From: a bacterium
GTDB lineage: Bacteria > Patescibacteriota > Minisyncoccia > Phycocordibacterales > DATDWN01
DNA: 64,000 nucleotides
Assembly (NCBI GenBank): GCA_037134875.1
Contig: JBAXLH010000001.1
Span: 5,322-69,321 of the forward strand
Reading direction: 5' to 3'
The position numbers and the translations under genes are program-made. This document shows positions 10,340 through 20,325 of the stretch, one piece after another; the stretch's first letter is position 1, and each line of letters opens with the position of its first letter. Below the pieces are notes generated by a model. That model searched no databases. It worked only from the letters and a program-made list of their open reading frames with translations, and was not told the DNA's origin.

Positions 10340-10789
10340 TTATTCTTTTACAAAAATAATGGAATCACCTATTTTTATATTATATTTCTCTGTAAGTCCT
10401 GCAGAAATTTCCAAAACATACTGAGACAGAGTACTCGTACCATACGCAGTTGGATACGTTTCCGGTGACAAATTTTTCTCGATGTGGGAAATTTTTAAAT
10501 CTTGAGAAATCCAAATAATATCCAGTGGGAAGAGCATATCTTTCATCCAAAAAGAATGAATACTTTGATCTGGAAATACAAAAAACATTCCCTGATTTTC
10601 AGCAAGTGGTTTGTGGCCCGAAAGTCCTTTCATTTGGAGATATGATGTATCTGCTATTTCTACCACAAAAGTCTTTCCATCGACTGATAGCTCTTTTATT
10701 TCTATTTTATGGGGCGAAAATAACAAAAATACAGAAAAAAACACCACAACAACCAAAATAATTATTGTAATGATAATTTTCTGATTCAT
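10340..10789 (-). CDS. DUF192-family protein
   Basis: VEIADT..KGL..GMFFVF..FWMKDMLFPLDIIWI..YVLEI. Confidence 0.85.
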   Translation of the reverse strand: MNQKIIITIIILVVVVFFSVFLLFSPHKIEIKELSVDGKTFVVEIADTSYLQMKGLSGHKPLAENQGMFFVFPDQSIHSFWMKDMLFPLDIIWISQDLKISHIEKNLSPETYPTAYGTSTLSQYVLEISAGLTEKYNIKIGDSIIFVKE

Positions 10790-10806
10790 TGTGAAATTAT
10801 ATCACA

Positions 10807-10835
10807 CAAAAACCCGCATCTCTGCGGGTTTTTGT
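10807..10835 (-). terminator. Intrinsic terminator-like hairpin
   Basis: AAAAACCCGCA-TCTC-TGCGGGTTTTT, T-tracts on both strands. Confidence 0.6.
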
Positions 10836-10860
10836 TTTTAGATTATTTATCTAATGTTTG

Positions 10861-10979
10861 AAACTTTCAGATTTGAGTAAGGTCGCGTATAAAATAAAAA
10901 TCAGACTGGAGACGTATATTGATACGTTGACAGCCTGATTTTTATTTTAGACGATGAGATTACTCAAATCTGGAAGTTT
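10861..10979. repeat. Long imperfect palindrome (dispersed element)
   Basis: CAGATTTGAGTAA/TTACTCAAATCTG and TAAAATAAAAATCAG/CTGATTTTTATTTTA arms next to the stop codon of the RRM gene. Confidence 0.7.
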
Positions 10980-10983
10980 TTAA

Positions 10984-11277
10984 TTACCAGTTTCGACCTC
11001 CTCGATTGTCGTTTCGTGGTGCTCGAGGCTCCATTGGACGTGCCTCATTTACTGTGAGTTTTCGTCCTTCGAGCTCTTTACCATTCCACATATCGATTGC
11101 GGCCTGTGCATCTTCGTCAGATGCCATTTCGACGAAACCGAATCCTTTTGATCGGCCTGTCATTTTATCCATGATAATAGTTGCAGAAACTACTGTTCCT
11201 GCCTGTGCGAATGCATCTTTGAGTCCGCTATCGTTTGTAGCGTATGCGATGCCTCCGACATATAACTTCTTTGCCAT
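10984..11277 (-). CDS. RRM RNA-binding protein
   Basis: RNP2 LYVGGI and RNP1 KGFGFVEM. Confidence 0.95.
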   Translation of the reverse strand: MAKKLYVGGIAYATNDSGLKDAFAQAGTVVSATIIMDKMTGRSKGFGFVEMASDEDAQAAIDMWNGKELEGRKLTVNEARPMEPRAPRNDNRGGRNW

Positions 11278-11452
11278 TTCTTTATCCCTAGTCTTTATAT
11301 TAAATTGTGTAAGGCGACTAGCTCTCTTACTTTTTCAACGCTTTCGCCTCGAAAACCTACGAGAAACTTACATTGGTATATAGTATACTCCTCTTGCTTT
11401 TATTTGTCAAGTGTGGTGTGAATAACCTTACCAGAGAAAAACAATGCATTTC

Positions 11453-12820
11453 TTATCTCCTCGAAATTCCATACTCATTGAGGTAATCAATATCACTCTG
11501 AATACTATTTTTGAGATTTTGTACACTCTTGCCATACGTACATGATGATCCCCCACTACCATAATACTTGCAGGCAGCTCTCATTTCGCTCGTGTATGTA
11601 CCAGCCGAGGCACCAAGGTCACCGAGGTAGAGCGCAGAAGCCATAAATGCATCCTGAGGTGCCCATGGATTGGCATCGTGTCCCAAAATTGATTTCAAAC
11701 GGTCTTCAAACAACTGCCACGTAGACGCAATAAACTGTGCAGGTCCCATTGCCCCACCGTATCCACCAGCACTCGGAATCGGACATGACACAACCGTCTT
11801 GAGAGGATCGAGTCCGAGATTTTTTGTAATTTCCAAAAACGGCGGAATGTCACGGCTCGGCTTCATTAGGTTTGACCAGACTTTGTTGGTTGTAATATTT
11901 ATTCCAGCGCCAGATGTTGTATCAGTCAAATAACATTTGCCCACGTTTGCACCGAGGCTACTTTCTTGTGTAAGAACTGCGAGGAGAAATGCTGGAGAGA
12001 CGCCGGTTTTGTCTGATGCGGATTGTGCATACGTCAGAGCGGTACCAAACGGAATAGCCGCACCTCCACCGGCAAGGTTGAAGAGTTTTGCTCGTATTTG
12101 TGCTGCCTTGGCCTGCTGATCTGCGAGAACCTGTGCGTATGTTTTCTCTTTTGTTTTGTTTACTTGAATGAGATACTGTTTTTGTTGCTCATTTTGCTGA
12201 ACTTGTTTTTGCTGAACTGCCATTGCCTGGCGCTGATTTGTCTCCTCATCTTTTTTCTTGGCGAGCGCTACTTTTTCCTGTTCGGTCAAATCCTTTGTCG
12301 CACGAATCTCTACAAACAAATCCGCCAAATCTTTTTTGATAGTCTGAAATGAATCAATGTCAGAGAAAAAATCTGAGATATTTTTGTTTCCGAGAACCAC
12401 CTCGGGCAAAGACATTTGATCGATCTCATTTGTTTTACGAATGAGTTGTGCCAAGGATTCGTGACCTTTGTCTATTTTTGTTTCCAGCTGAGTTATTTTG
12501 ACAGTTTTCTGCTCTATATCTACACCGAGTTGTGCAATGGCAATATTTCTCTGTTTTATAAACGCCTGTGCCTGTTTTATTTTTGCATTCAAAACATTCG
12601 CCTCTTGTTGGAGAGACGCGGTATCTTTTTTTGACGCATCAAGTATTGATTGCCATTTTGCAATATCTGCCTCCGTCTGTGCGAGCTCTGCCTGCCATTG
12701 TGCTTTTTGCTCTTCTGCCGTGAGTGCGTGTGAATATACAGGAAAAATAGATGCAAAAATGAGAAAAACTATGAAAAACTTAATTTTAGGATATGAAAAA
12801 AACATAATGATTTCTGTCAC
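11453..12820 (-). CDS. Secreted coiled-coil protein with lytic murein transglycosylase-like domain
   Basis: Signal peptide, long coiled coil, LLAVLTQESS, GAMGPAQFIASTW. Confidence 0.8.
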   Translation of the reverse strand: MTEIIMFFSYPKIKFFIVFLIFASIFPVYSHALTAEEQKAQWQAELAQTEADIAKWQSILDASKKDTASLQQEANVLNAKIKQAQAFIKQRNIAIAQLGVDIEQKTVKITQLETKIDKGHESLAQLIRKTNEIDQMSLPEVVLGNKNISDFFSDIDSFQTIKKDLADLFVEIRATKDLTEQEKVALAKKKDEETNQRQAMAVQQKQVQQNEQQKQYLIQVNKTKEKTYAQVLADQQAKAAQIRAKLFNLAGGGAAIPFGTALTYAQSASDKTGVSPAFLLAVLTQESSLGANVGKCYLTDTTSGAGINITTNKVWSNLMKPSRDIPPFLEITKNLGLDPLKTVVSCPIPSAGGYGGAMGPAQFIASTWQLFEDRLKSILGHDANPWAPQDAFMASALYLGDLGASAGTYTSEMRAACKYYGSGGSSCTYGKSVQNLKNSIQSDIDYLNEYGISRR

Positions 12821-12911
12821 TACTTATTATACTCATTTTTCGCCCAATATACAAAATCCAACAGTGATTTTCTGTTGGATTTTGTTTGTAGAAATTAGTG
12901 AGATACAAATG

Positions 12912-13550
12912 CTATTCAGCTGGCTCTGCTTCCTCGTCTTTCTTACCTTTCTTTTCAACCTCGATAGCTGAGAGATCAATTGGTGTAGAAACTTCTTCCA
13001 CTTCTTCCTTTGGAGCAGAAACAGATGCAACGACTTCCTCTTCATTTTCTTCCAATACAACCCCGTGAGGCATTTTTATTTGAGAAGCTGTAATCACATC
13101 ACCAAACTGTGCAAGTGATGAAATGTCCACCTCGATAACGTGTGGAATATGTTGTGGATCGGCAGAAATTTTGATTTCGTGGAGAATTTTGTTGAGGTTA
13201 CCACTCAAGTCTTTGACCGCTGGAGAAACACCGATAAACTCGAGAGGAACAGAAACGTCGATTTTCTTGCCTTTTTCAAAGACGTAAAAATCTGCATGGA
13301 AAGGATTGCCTGAAATTGGATCCATATCAACAGTGTGAATGAGTGTATCCACCGAAGCTGTCTTGTCTTTGAGGGTTACAACACCGGATTCCCCCACTGC
13401 TTTCCAAACTTTTATAAAATCTTTTAATGAAACGGAGATAGGAGTTGAAGCAGTTTTTTTGCCGTAAAAAACAGCTGGCATAAGGCCGTCTTTTCTCAAA
13501 CTATCCAATTTGTCCGCCTTGTTTCGAATGTGTATGTCTAAAGTATTCAT
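12912..13550 (-). CDS. rplY: 50S ribosomal protein L25 (Ctc-type)
   Basis: LRKDGLMPAVFYG, HADFY, C-terminal TL5-like domain. Confidence 0.9.
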   Translation of the reverse strand: MNTLDIHIRNKADKLDSLRKDGLMPAVFYGKKTASTPISVSLKDFIKVWKAVGESGVVTLKDKTASVDTLIHTVDMDPISGNPFHADFYVFEKGKKIDVSVPLEFIGVSPAVKDLSGNLNKILHEIKISADPQHIPHVIEVDISSLAQFGDVITASQIKMPHGVVLEENEEEVVASVSAPKEEVEEVSTPIDLSAIEVEKKGKKDEEAEPAE

Positions 13551-13601
13551 ATTGCAGTAGTCTACCAGAATTAAATAAAAAATCAACTAAGAAGCGACTG
13601 C

Positions 13602-13755
13602 ACCTCCTCCTGCCATACTCATTTTCAGAGCAACCTTACATTTCCCTGCGGAAATGTAAGGCCGTCCTCGGTCTGAACTTGTCAAGAAGAAATGCCTTGA
13701 CAAGTCCGGCTTCAGACCTGCGGGGTCTCTGAAAATGAGTATGTCAGGAGGAGGT
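13602..13755. repeat. Palindromic dispersed element (related to type C, opposite orientation)
   Basis: Arms ACCTCCTCCTGCCATACTCATTTTCAGAG/CTCTGAAAATGAGTATGTCAGGAGGAGGT; inner CTTGTCAA..TTGACAAG and GTCCTCGG..CCTGCGG. Confidence 0.75.
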
Positions 13756-13792
13756 ACATCCAATACTCTGACTATTCAACGGTCGGTTAAAG

Positions 13793-13957
13793 ACCGAAGT
13801 TACTTGCAAATGTTTTTTGAGCCCCCGCAGGCCGTGAGCTGGTCTTGTCAACGACCCGAGCACAGCGAGGGCTCTTGACAAGTCACGGCCGAGGACAGCC
13901 AATCAGTTCGCAGGAACTGATTGGGAAGCTCAAAAAACATTTGCAAGTAACTTCGGT
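13793..13957. repeat. Palindromic dispersed element (core type C)
   Basis: Arms ACCGAAGTTACTTGCAAATGTTTTTTGAG and its reverse complement; core GGTCTTGTCAACGACCCGAGCACAGCGAGGGCTCTTGACAAGTCACGGCCGAGGAC shared with 15.9 kb and 62.1 kb. Confidence 0.85.
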
Positions 13958-13980
13958 TTTTCAACTACCAATTTTTTCCG

Positions 13981-15021
13981 CTACTCTTCCAATTCCGGTT
14001 TTTCTAGGACGACTGTTTCGATGCCGACGGCAGTGCCAGAAATGCGTACCACATCTTTGTCGATTTTTTTAAACTCTTTGCTCGACTTGTTGAAATGGTT
14101 GACGACTGTCTCGAGCGAGTTGCCAAGCTTGTTGTGATACTCTTCATAGCTCTTGAGGTGCGTGGAGAGCTCGCCAACCCGCTTTATAATGTCCTTTGCT
14201 GTCTCCTCGATCTGCATCGCCTTGAGACCTTGGAGAACTGTCTGGAGATATGCCAAAAATGACGTCGGCGAAACAATGATCACTTTGTATTTTCCAGCCG
14301 CACGTTGTATGAGATTTTCTGTGTCCTCACTCACCGCACCGATTTTGTTGATAAGGAGATCATAGTAAATCGCTTCGTGTGGAATAAACATAAAGGCAAA
14401 ATCCATCGTCCCTTCGTCCGGACGAATATATTTTGATGTCTCTGTAATGCGGAGCTTGAGATCATTCATAAAAAGTTTTTCCAGTCGGTCTTTCTCACTC
14501 GGATCTTTTGCCTCGGAAAGTCTGTTGTAGTTTTCTAGAGAAAATTTTGAGTCCACTGGAATGATTTTGTCTTTCACAAACACGACCGCGTCCACAATTT
14601 CGCCATTTTTGAATCCATACTGCATTTGGTACTGACTTGGTGGCAATACATTTTTGAGAAGTGTTTCCAGATAATATTCTCCGAGAATTCCGCGCTGTTT
14701 TGGATTTTTCAAAATGTCTTGCAAGTTCTGGAGCTGGTCTGCAAAGGAAACCACCTGACGATTTGTTTCGTCGAGTTTTGTCAGTCCTTTTGTGACCTCG
14801 CGAATAAGATTTGCCGACTCGCCGAGCTGACTTCGCACCGACTCATTCATATGTCGGCTACTCTCACCGATCTTTGCATCCATGGTGCGGTTGAGTTCGT
14901 TGATCTGCTGGAGAATGAGCTTGAGACCAGTATCGTCTGTCGTTTTCTGACTCGGTCGCAAAAAATAAACAATAAACCCACCAACAATGAGTCCAATCAA
15001 AATGTAAAGTAAAATTTCCAT
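13981..15021 (-). CDS. rmuC: DNA recombination protein RmuC
   Basis: N-terminal TM, coiled coil, KQRGILGE, IPVDSKF, TMDFAFMFIP. Confidence 0.9.
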   Translation of the reverse strand: MEILLYILIGLIVGGFIVYFLRPSQKTTDDTGLKLILQQINELNRTMDAKIGESSRHMNESVRSQLGESANLIREVTKGLTKLDETNRQVVSFADQLQNLQDILKNPKQRGILGEYYLETLLKNVLPPSQYQMQYGFKNGEIVDAVVFVKDKIIPVDSKFSLENYNRLSEAKDPSEKDRLEKLFMNDLKLRITETSKYIRPDEGTMDFAFMFIPHEAIYYDLLINKIGAVSEDTENLIQRAAGKYKVIIVSPTSFLAYLQTVLQGLKAMQIEETAKDIIKRVGELSTHLKSYEEYHNKLGNSLETVVNHFNKSSKEFKKIDKDVVRISGTAVGIETVVLEKPELEE

Positions 15022-15088
15022 AAGAACATTATACTAAAAATGAATAAAATATGATATTCTAAACACAATCAACTAATTCATAATAATT

Positions 15089-15544
15089 ATGTCACTACAC
15101 ACACAAATAAAAGAACAGGTCAAAGAAGCAATGAAAAGCAAAGACTCAGTGCGACTCGGGGTTGTGCGCGGACTTCTCGCTGGATTTACAAACGAACTCG
15201 TTGCACAGAAAAAGCCACCACAGGGAGAGCTTTCTGATGATGAAGTGTTGAATGTTATTTCTCGTGCGGTCAAACAGCGCAAGGATTCCATTGAGCAGTT
15301 TACAAAAGGCGGACGTGCCGACCTGGCTGACTCCGAGAAAGCCGAGCTTGCAATCCTCGAAACATACCTCCCAGAACAAATGTCACGAGAAGAAGTTATG
15401 AAAGTAGCACAAGCAAAGATGTCAGAACTTGATGTCACAGATAAATCCGGTGCTGGAAAATTCATCGGTGCGCTGATGAAAGATCTCAAAGGCAAAGCTG
15501 ACGGCGGACTAGTAAAATCTGTCGTTGATGAACTCCTCAAGTAA
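15089..15544 (+). CDS. GatB/YqeY domain protein
   Basis: KEAMKSKD, KQRKDSIEQF, YLPEQMS, KGKADG. Confidence 0.9.
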   Translation: MSLHTQIKEQVKEAMKSKDSVRLGVVRGLLAGFTNELVAQKKPPQGELSDDEVLNVISRAVKQRKDSIEQFTKGGRADLADSEKAELAILETYLPEQMSREEVMKVAQAKMSELDVTDKSGAGKFIGALMKDLKGKADGGLVKSVVDELLK

Positions 15545-15636
15545 CCAGGCCAATAAAACTTCGTAAAAATGACTTTTCCACAGGCATATTGACTTTTTGT
15601 GTTTAGTAAAGTATAGTTTTTCTTAGAGGTGAGAAC

Positions 15637-15864
15637 TTGATCAGCTCCGAACGGGCGAACAAGATCGCCAATGAGGTTTCGCATGAATACGCGAGACTCA
15701 AGAATATGAAGGGTGTGAAGATTGATTTTTCACTCCTGTTGTTGGAGTTCGTTGGAAAGAATGTTAATTCCACCGACGAAATCTTTGAGATGAAATCCGC
15801 CGTTGCACGGATTCTCGCTGAGAGAAGAAAAAATAAACCAAAGCATTTTTATCATAGAAACTAG
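15637..15864 (+). CDS. Hypothetical small basic protein
   Basis: 75 aa; GAGGTG SD before TTG; TTGACT..TATAGT-like promoter upstream. Confidence 0.5.
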   Translation: MISSERANKIANEVSHEYARLKNMKGVKIDFSLLLLEFVGKNVNSTDEIFEMKSAVARILAERRKNKPKHFYHRN

Positions 15865-15935
15865 GAATTCTTCTCTCTTTTATAACGGACTGGCCCACAC
15901 GGCAGTCCGTTTTTGTTTGTAAAAAAATAATCGTA

Positions 15936-16102
15936 ATTATAAAACACCTTTTGAATTTTTCGGAGCATCCGCAGGCCGTGAACATGGTCTTGTCAACGAC
16001 CCGAGCACAGCGAGGGCTCTTGACAAGTCACGGCCGAGGACCGAATGAGCTTTTCGCCGGAAAAGCGAATGTATCCGAAAAATTCAAAAGGTGTTTTATA
16101 AT
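15936..16102. repeat. Palindromic dispersed element (core type C)
   Basis: Perfect 29-bp arms ATTATAAAACACCTTTTGAATTTTTCGGA and its reverse complement around the type C core. Confidence 0.85.
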
Positions 16103-18835
16103 TTACTTGCGATATTTCTCCTGAATCTGCCTCTCAATCTCTTCCCTATCCCCTCCGTACGTGAGATACGATAATTGTTTGAGCGAATCAATAATAGCTG
16201 GATCGCCTTTTGGTGGAAATGGTTCTTTGATGTTGAATGCTTTTTGTGAGGTACCGTTCATAAGCATTTTTACATAGGCATTCAAGTTATCAATATTCAT
16301 AAGATCTTTTGCGGTAAACACCGGAGAAAATTGTTTTTCTAAATATTCTGCGTCCTCGGCACTCACTCGAAAAGAAACAATCGAGCCAACGTTACCAAAC
16401 ACTGCATCGCGGATATTTTCCTGAAGTTGGGCAATAAACTGATGTGCAACAGTCAGTGACAGTTTGTATTTTCGTGCTTCAGAGAGAATGGATGAGATTG
16501 AATCCGTCGTAATGTTTTGGAACTCGTCGATGTAGAGATAAAACGGCGCAAAATCTTTTCCGTAGGAGTCCACACGAGAGAGAGCCGCCATCAGAATTTT
16601 GCCGACAAGAATGAGACCGATGAGATTGGCATTTATATCTCCCAATTTACCTTTGGCCAAATTGACGAGAAGTATTTTTTTGTTATCCATTATGTCGCGA
16701 AAATTGAAAGATGATTTTTCCTGTGCCACGATAGGTCGCATAACTTCGTTTGCAAGAAATACGTCAAATTTATTCACAATATATGGAACAATATTTGCAA
16801 GCGATGACTCTCCGCCAGCTTTCTCAGCAATTTCTTTCCAAAACTCTACAATGACAGGATTTTTGCATCTGGAAACTTTCAAATCCCTAAATGTTTTGTT
16901 GGACAACACCCGAGACACATCCAAAAGTGTACAGCCGGTCTCTGGATCTTCAACAACAAGCATCGCAGCATTTCTAAAATATTGCTGGAAAGCCGGTCCC
17001 ATTGACTCTGGAACATTACCATACAGTTTTTGGAATATACTCAAAAGCTCGTTGACCACAAATGTTTTCTGCTCCGGAAACTTTGGATCATACTCAAGCA
17101 TATTGAGGGCCATTGGACGCTCGGTGTAGCTTGGATCAAAATAAATCACATCTTTGTAACGGTCTTTTGGAATATTTGCCAAAATATCAATAATATCTGT
17201 ACCGTGTGGGTCAATAAAACAACATCCATTACCTCTCTCGATATCCTGAATAATAAGATTTTTGAGAAGAACAGTTTTTCCAGCACCAGTTTGTCCAATG
17301 ACATATAAATGTCTGAGTCGGTCCTGATCCTGCATAAATATTTTTGTCTCAACGTTTCGATAGTTGTTGACACCAATAAATGTACCATCTTCTCCCATAC
17401 CGAGCGGTGCTGGCGCAGAAACAGCCTGATTTTGCTTGAGCTGTGGTGATGGTGAAAGATCTGTTGTGTTGAAATGTAGTAGTGATGTTATTTCGTGCAG
17501 ATTGAGAGGCAATAGCTCGTCTGGATTGTAACTCCTGAAAGAAAAATTTCTGAACATTTTTTGCAGAGCACCTTTTTCAAGACGTTTCCACTCGAGTGAG
17601 TTGGAGACAGGATCGGAAAATTGATTGAATGATGACTCGATACTTTTCAAAATCCGCTCGGAATCCGGCCGACTCTGTGTCGAGACAACGATACGCACAT
17701 TTGTTGCTACTATTTCGCTGGCGATTTTTTGTTTAATTTTTTGAATTGCATCATTGTCCACCGGCTTCTTTTCTTCACCCTCTTTTGGTAATGGTTTGAA
17801 AATTTCTTTGACTGTTTTTGCAAAATCTCCAACAAATGTTTCTGGCAGATTGACCGCGTCTTTTGTTGGCACACCTTTTTCTATTTGCTCAATTGCATAT
17901 TTGTATTTTTTGGTGAAATAGTCCCCTTTTGGAGAGAAAACAATTTGAATTGCAGCTCCTTCGCCATCTTTTGCAATCTTTGAAAAACTGTTGATAACAA
18001 CATTCATTGGATCGTAGTCAAATGACTCGTATGTTTTGAATGGATACACTGGCTTTTCTTTTGTGGTGAGATACGAACCGAGCGAAACACCTTCTCCATT
18101 GAAAATATTGTAGTCATTTGTCGCCTCGACAACTCGCGCTGTCGAGAAAATAGAGACAATGTGTTTCTCAAAAAGCTGTTTGAATTCATCGGGCACCGCA
18201 ACATAAAATACAAATTGGTTACTGCCATTTGCGTTTGCAATTTCGAGTGCAATATAATTTTCTTTTTCTTTTTTTGAAACAACCGAAAGCATTCCAGCAT
18301 AAAACTGCTCCATACTGGAAATCACTTCTTTGAGTCCTTTTTGTTGTTTTTCTTTTTCTTCTTCAAGAAGCACAACCTCATATAAAGTCATTCCAACACC
18401 GCGGAAATCTCTCTCGGAAAGGTTGAGATCATTTGGCTTGTATCCACTTTTTACAAATTGCACCAAAAAACGATGAAAATCATCATCGAGATGAGGGTCT
18501 TTCATTTCAGACAAAACAGAAAGTGCGTTTTTCACACCTTTTTCATTGAGTATTCCGAGGAGCTCCTCCATCTTTTTGTCGTGTCGCTCCGGAGCGAGAT
18601 TCAAAACAATTGACTCAGCATCAGCCTTTGAAAGTGCATACGTATCCGAGAGAACATCTTTTGATAATGTGTCTTTATATTTTGAAATTTGTTCGCGAAC
18701 AACGGTGTCGGTATCCACTTTTTGATCTCGTTCGTGAAGCTGTTTTTCTTTTTCGGCGATTTTACCACGCAAGAAATTTATTTCCTCTTCGGGTGATGTA
18801 AAGCGAGAAGTATTTTCGCTCAAAACTTTTTCCAT
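16103..18835 (-). CDS. VirD4/TraD/HerA-like P-loop ATPase (type IV coupling protein-like)
   Basis: HLYVIGQTGAGKT, FIDPHG, LYIDEFQN, EARKYKL, AHQFIAQL, FGNVG. Confidence 0.85.
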   Translation of the reverse strand: MEKVLSENTSRFTSPEEEINFLRGKIAEKEKQLHERDQKVDTDTVVREQISKYKDTLSKDVLSDTYALSKADAESIVLNLAPERHDKKMEELLGILNEKGVKNALSVLSEMKDPHLDDDFHRFLVQFVKSGYKPNDLNLSERDFRGVGMTLYEVVLLEEEKEKQQKGLKEVISSMEQFYAGMLSVVSKKEKENYIALEIANANGSNQFVFYVAVPDEFKQLFEKHIVSIFSTARVVEATNDYNIFNGEGVSLGSYLTTKEKPVYPFKTYESFDYDPMNVVINSFSKIAKDGEGAAIQIVFSPKGDYFTKKYKYAIEQIEKGVPTKDAVNLPETFVGDFAKTVKEIFKPLPKEGEEKKPVDNDAIQKIKQKIASEIVATNVRIVVSTQSRPDSERILKSIESSFNQFSDPVSNSLEWKRLEKGALQKMFRNFSFRSYNPDELLPLNLHEITSLLHFNTTDLSPSPQLKQNQAVSAPAPLGMGEDGTFIGVNNYRNVETKIFMQDQDRLRHLYVIGQTGAGKTVLLKNLIIQDIERGNGCCFIDPHGTDIIDILANIPKDRYKDVIYFDPSYTERPMALNMLEYDPKFPEQKTFVVNELLSIFQKLYGNVPESMGPAFQQYFRNAAMLVVEDPETGCTLLDVSRVLSNKTFRDLKVSRCKNPVIVEFWKEIAEKAGGESSLANIVPYIVNKFDVFLANEVMRPIVAQEKSSFNFRDIMDNKKILLVNLAKGKLGDINANLIGLILVGKILMAALSRVDSYGKDFAPFYLYIDEFQNITTDSISSILSEARKYKLSLTVAHQFIAQLQENIRDAVFGNVGSIVSFRVSAEDAEYLEKQFSPVFTAKDLMNIDNLNAYVKMLMNGTSQKAFNIKEPFPPKGDPAIIDSLKQLSYLTYGGDREEIERQIQEKYRK

Positions 18836-18913
18836 ACATTATATTATAGCAAACGAGCTGAGGATGACTAGTGGGCTCAAAAAAATATATTTGCACAGAC
18901 TCGATTTAACACT

Positions 18914-19726
18914 TCACTTCCTCAAATAATACAACCTCATCTCTTCTGGAAATCGCTCAATGGAATATCGTAGAGCGGTGCGTGGAATATGGGAGTAGTG
19001 TTTGTCCAAAAATTTTCGCAATGTCCCCTCGTCTTTTTTGCCGACTTCACGGAGCATCCAACCAACAGCTTTGTGGATCAGATCATGTGTGTCAGAAAGT
19101 AACATCTCTGCGATCTTGAGTGTGTCACCAAAATCGCCCTGACGTATGAAAGTGAGCGTTGAAATAATAGAGATTCTCTTTTTCCACAAATCTTTCGACT
19201 CAGCAAATGTGTACAAAATATCTCGAGGTTTATCCAGCAGATATGTTCCGACAATCTGCGGAGCTGACAAATCCACCAAATCCCAATTGTTTATGTATTT
19301 TGTGTTTTTAATGTACAGGTCAAAAATTTGTTTTTGAACTCTTAACATACCAGATTTCTGTCTCAACATATGCTGGTCTGAAAACAGAATATTCGCCTGC
19401 TGGCGAATTTCTTCGTGCTCGGCCCGTCGGCCTGTGCAATGTTTCAGACCAGCATATGTCTTCGACGAAATCTGATACTTTTGAATCAAAATCAACAGGG
19501 CAACCATTCGACATTCATGAATTTCTGATTTGAGTAGCTTTACAACATCCGCAAATGGTAAATCGACAAATTGTTTGGCGACGTTGCGCTGATCTGGCAT
19601 TACAATTCCCAAAAAAACATCTCCTTCGCCATACTCCCCTTTGCCAGTCTTAAAAAACCGAGAAAGTATTTTGGCTTTCCCTTTACTCGACTTCTTTTTC
19701 AATTTTGAAATTAGGTTATTGTACAT
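18914..19726 (-). CDS. AlkD-like DNA alkylation repair protein with in-frame palindromic insertion
   Basis: FFKTGKGEYGEGD, INNWDLVD, IHKAVGWMLRE, RTALRYSIE; extra ~40 aa segment encoded by a repeat. Confidence 0.85.
   Translation of the reverse strand: MYNNLISKLKKKSSKGKAKILSRFFKTGKGEYGEGDVFLGIVMPDQRNVAKQFVDLPFADVVKLLKSEIHECRMVALLILIQKYQISSKTYAGLKHCTGRRAEHEEIRQQANILFSDQHMLRQKSGMLRVQKQIFDLYIKNTKYINNWDLVDLSAPQIVGTYLLDKPRDILYTFAESKDLWKKRISIISTLTFIRQGDFGDTLKIAEMLLSDTHDLIHKAVGWMLREVGKKDEGTLRKFLDKHYSHIPRTALRYSIERFPEEMRLYYLRK
19351..19474. repeat. Palindromic element (core type B) inside coding sequence
   Basis: Arms CAGATTTC..ACATATGCTGGTCTGAAA/TTTCAGACCAGCATATGT..GAAATCTG; core matches the intergenic copy at 379-505. 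Confidence 0.8.
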
Positions 19727-19736
19727 GGTGGTAGTA

Positions 19737-19869
19737 TTTCTCTTTAATTTCGTTGACTCAAAATTTTTTTTGAGGCTTCGCAGGCGGGTAGCCGAGACTT
19801 GAGAAATTTGCCAGCAGGCAAATATTCGTACTCAAAAAAAGTTTTGAGGAAAAAGAAATTAAAGAGAAA
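19737..19869. repeat. Palindromic dispersed element (core type A)
   Basis: Arms TTTCTCTTTAATTTC/GAAATTAAAGAGAAA; core identical to 28827-28957. Confidence 0.85.
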
Positions 19870-19897
19870 TTTGCAACTGAAAAATCTTTTATACTTT

Positions 19898-20248
19898 CTA
19901 CAAAAAATGATGCCAGAAAACAAGAATGCCCAACACAAAGGCGCCGAGAGAACTTACAAAGACTAAACCAGCCATTGTGTCTTTTATTTTCCCTATAGCA
20001 CTATCATAGGCAGGCTCAACTTTGTTGCACAAATCCTCCACAACAGTATTGACAATCTCTGCGGACAAAACAAGCACAATAGCGACAATACACAAGGCCG
20101 ACTCGCCAAAAGAAAATCGAAACATAATCATTAACACAAGAACAACAAGAGTAACAGCTAGTTCTATGCGAAAATTTAACTCCTCTTGCCACGTTGTCCG
20201 TATACCTCGAAAGGCATTTTTGAACGAATTAATTGTTTTTGAAATCAT
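19898..20248 (-). CDS. Prokaryotic diacylglycerol/undecaprenol kinase family
   Basis: SFKNAFRGI, ELNFRIE, EIVNTVVE, GKIKD. Confidence 0.85.
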   Translation of the reverse strand: MISKTINSFKNAFRGIRTTWQEELNFRIELAVTLVVLVLMIMFRFSFGESALCIVAIVLVLSAEIVNTVVEDLCNKVEPAYDSAIGKIKDTMAGLVFVSSLGAFVLGILVFWHHFL

Positions 20249-20325
20249 AAAAATATTCTACCACATATTGATATACAGCGATATATTGTATAAAATATAC
20301 GCATTAACATCTTATTATTTATTTT

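Noticed and set aside
16103-18835. Conjugative element suggested by the coupling-protein-like ATPase
   Set aside because: No relaxase, mating-pair genes or integrase nearby; sits among housekeeping genes
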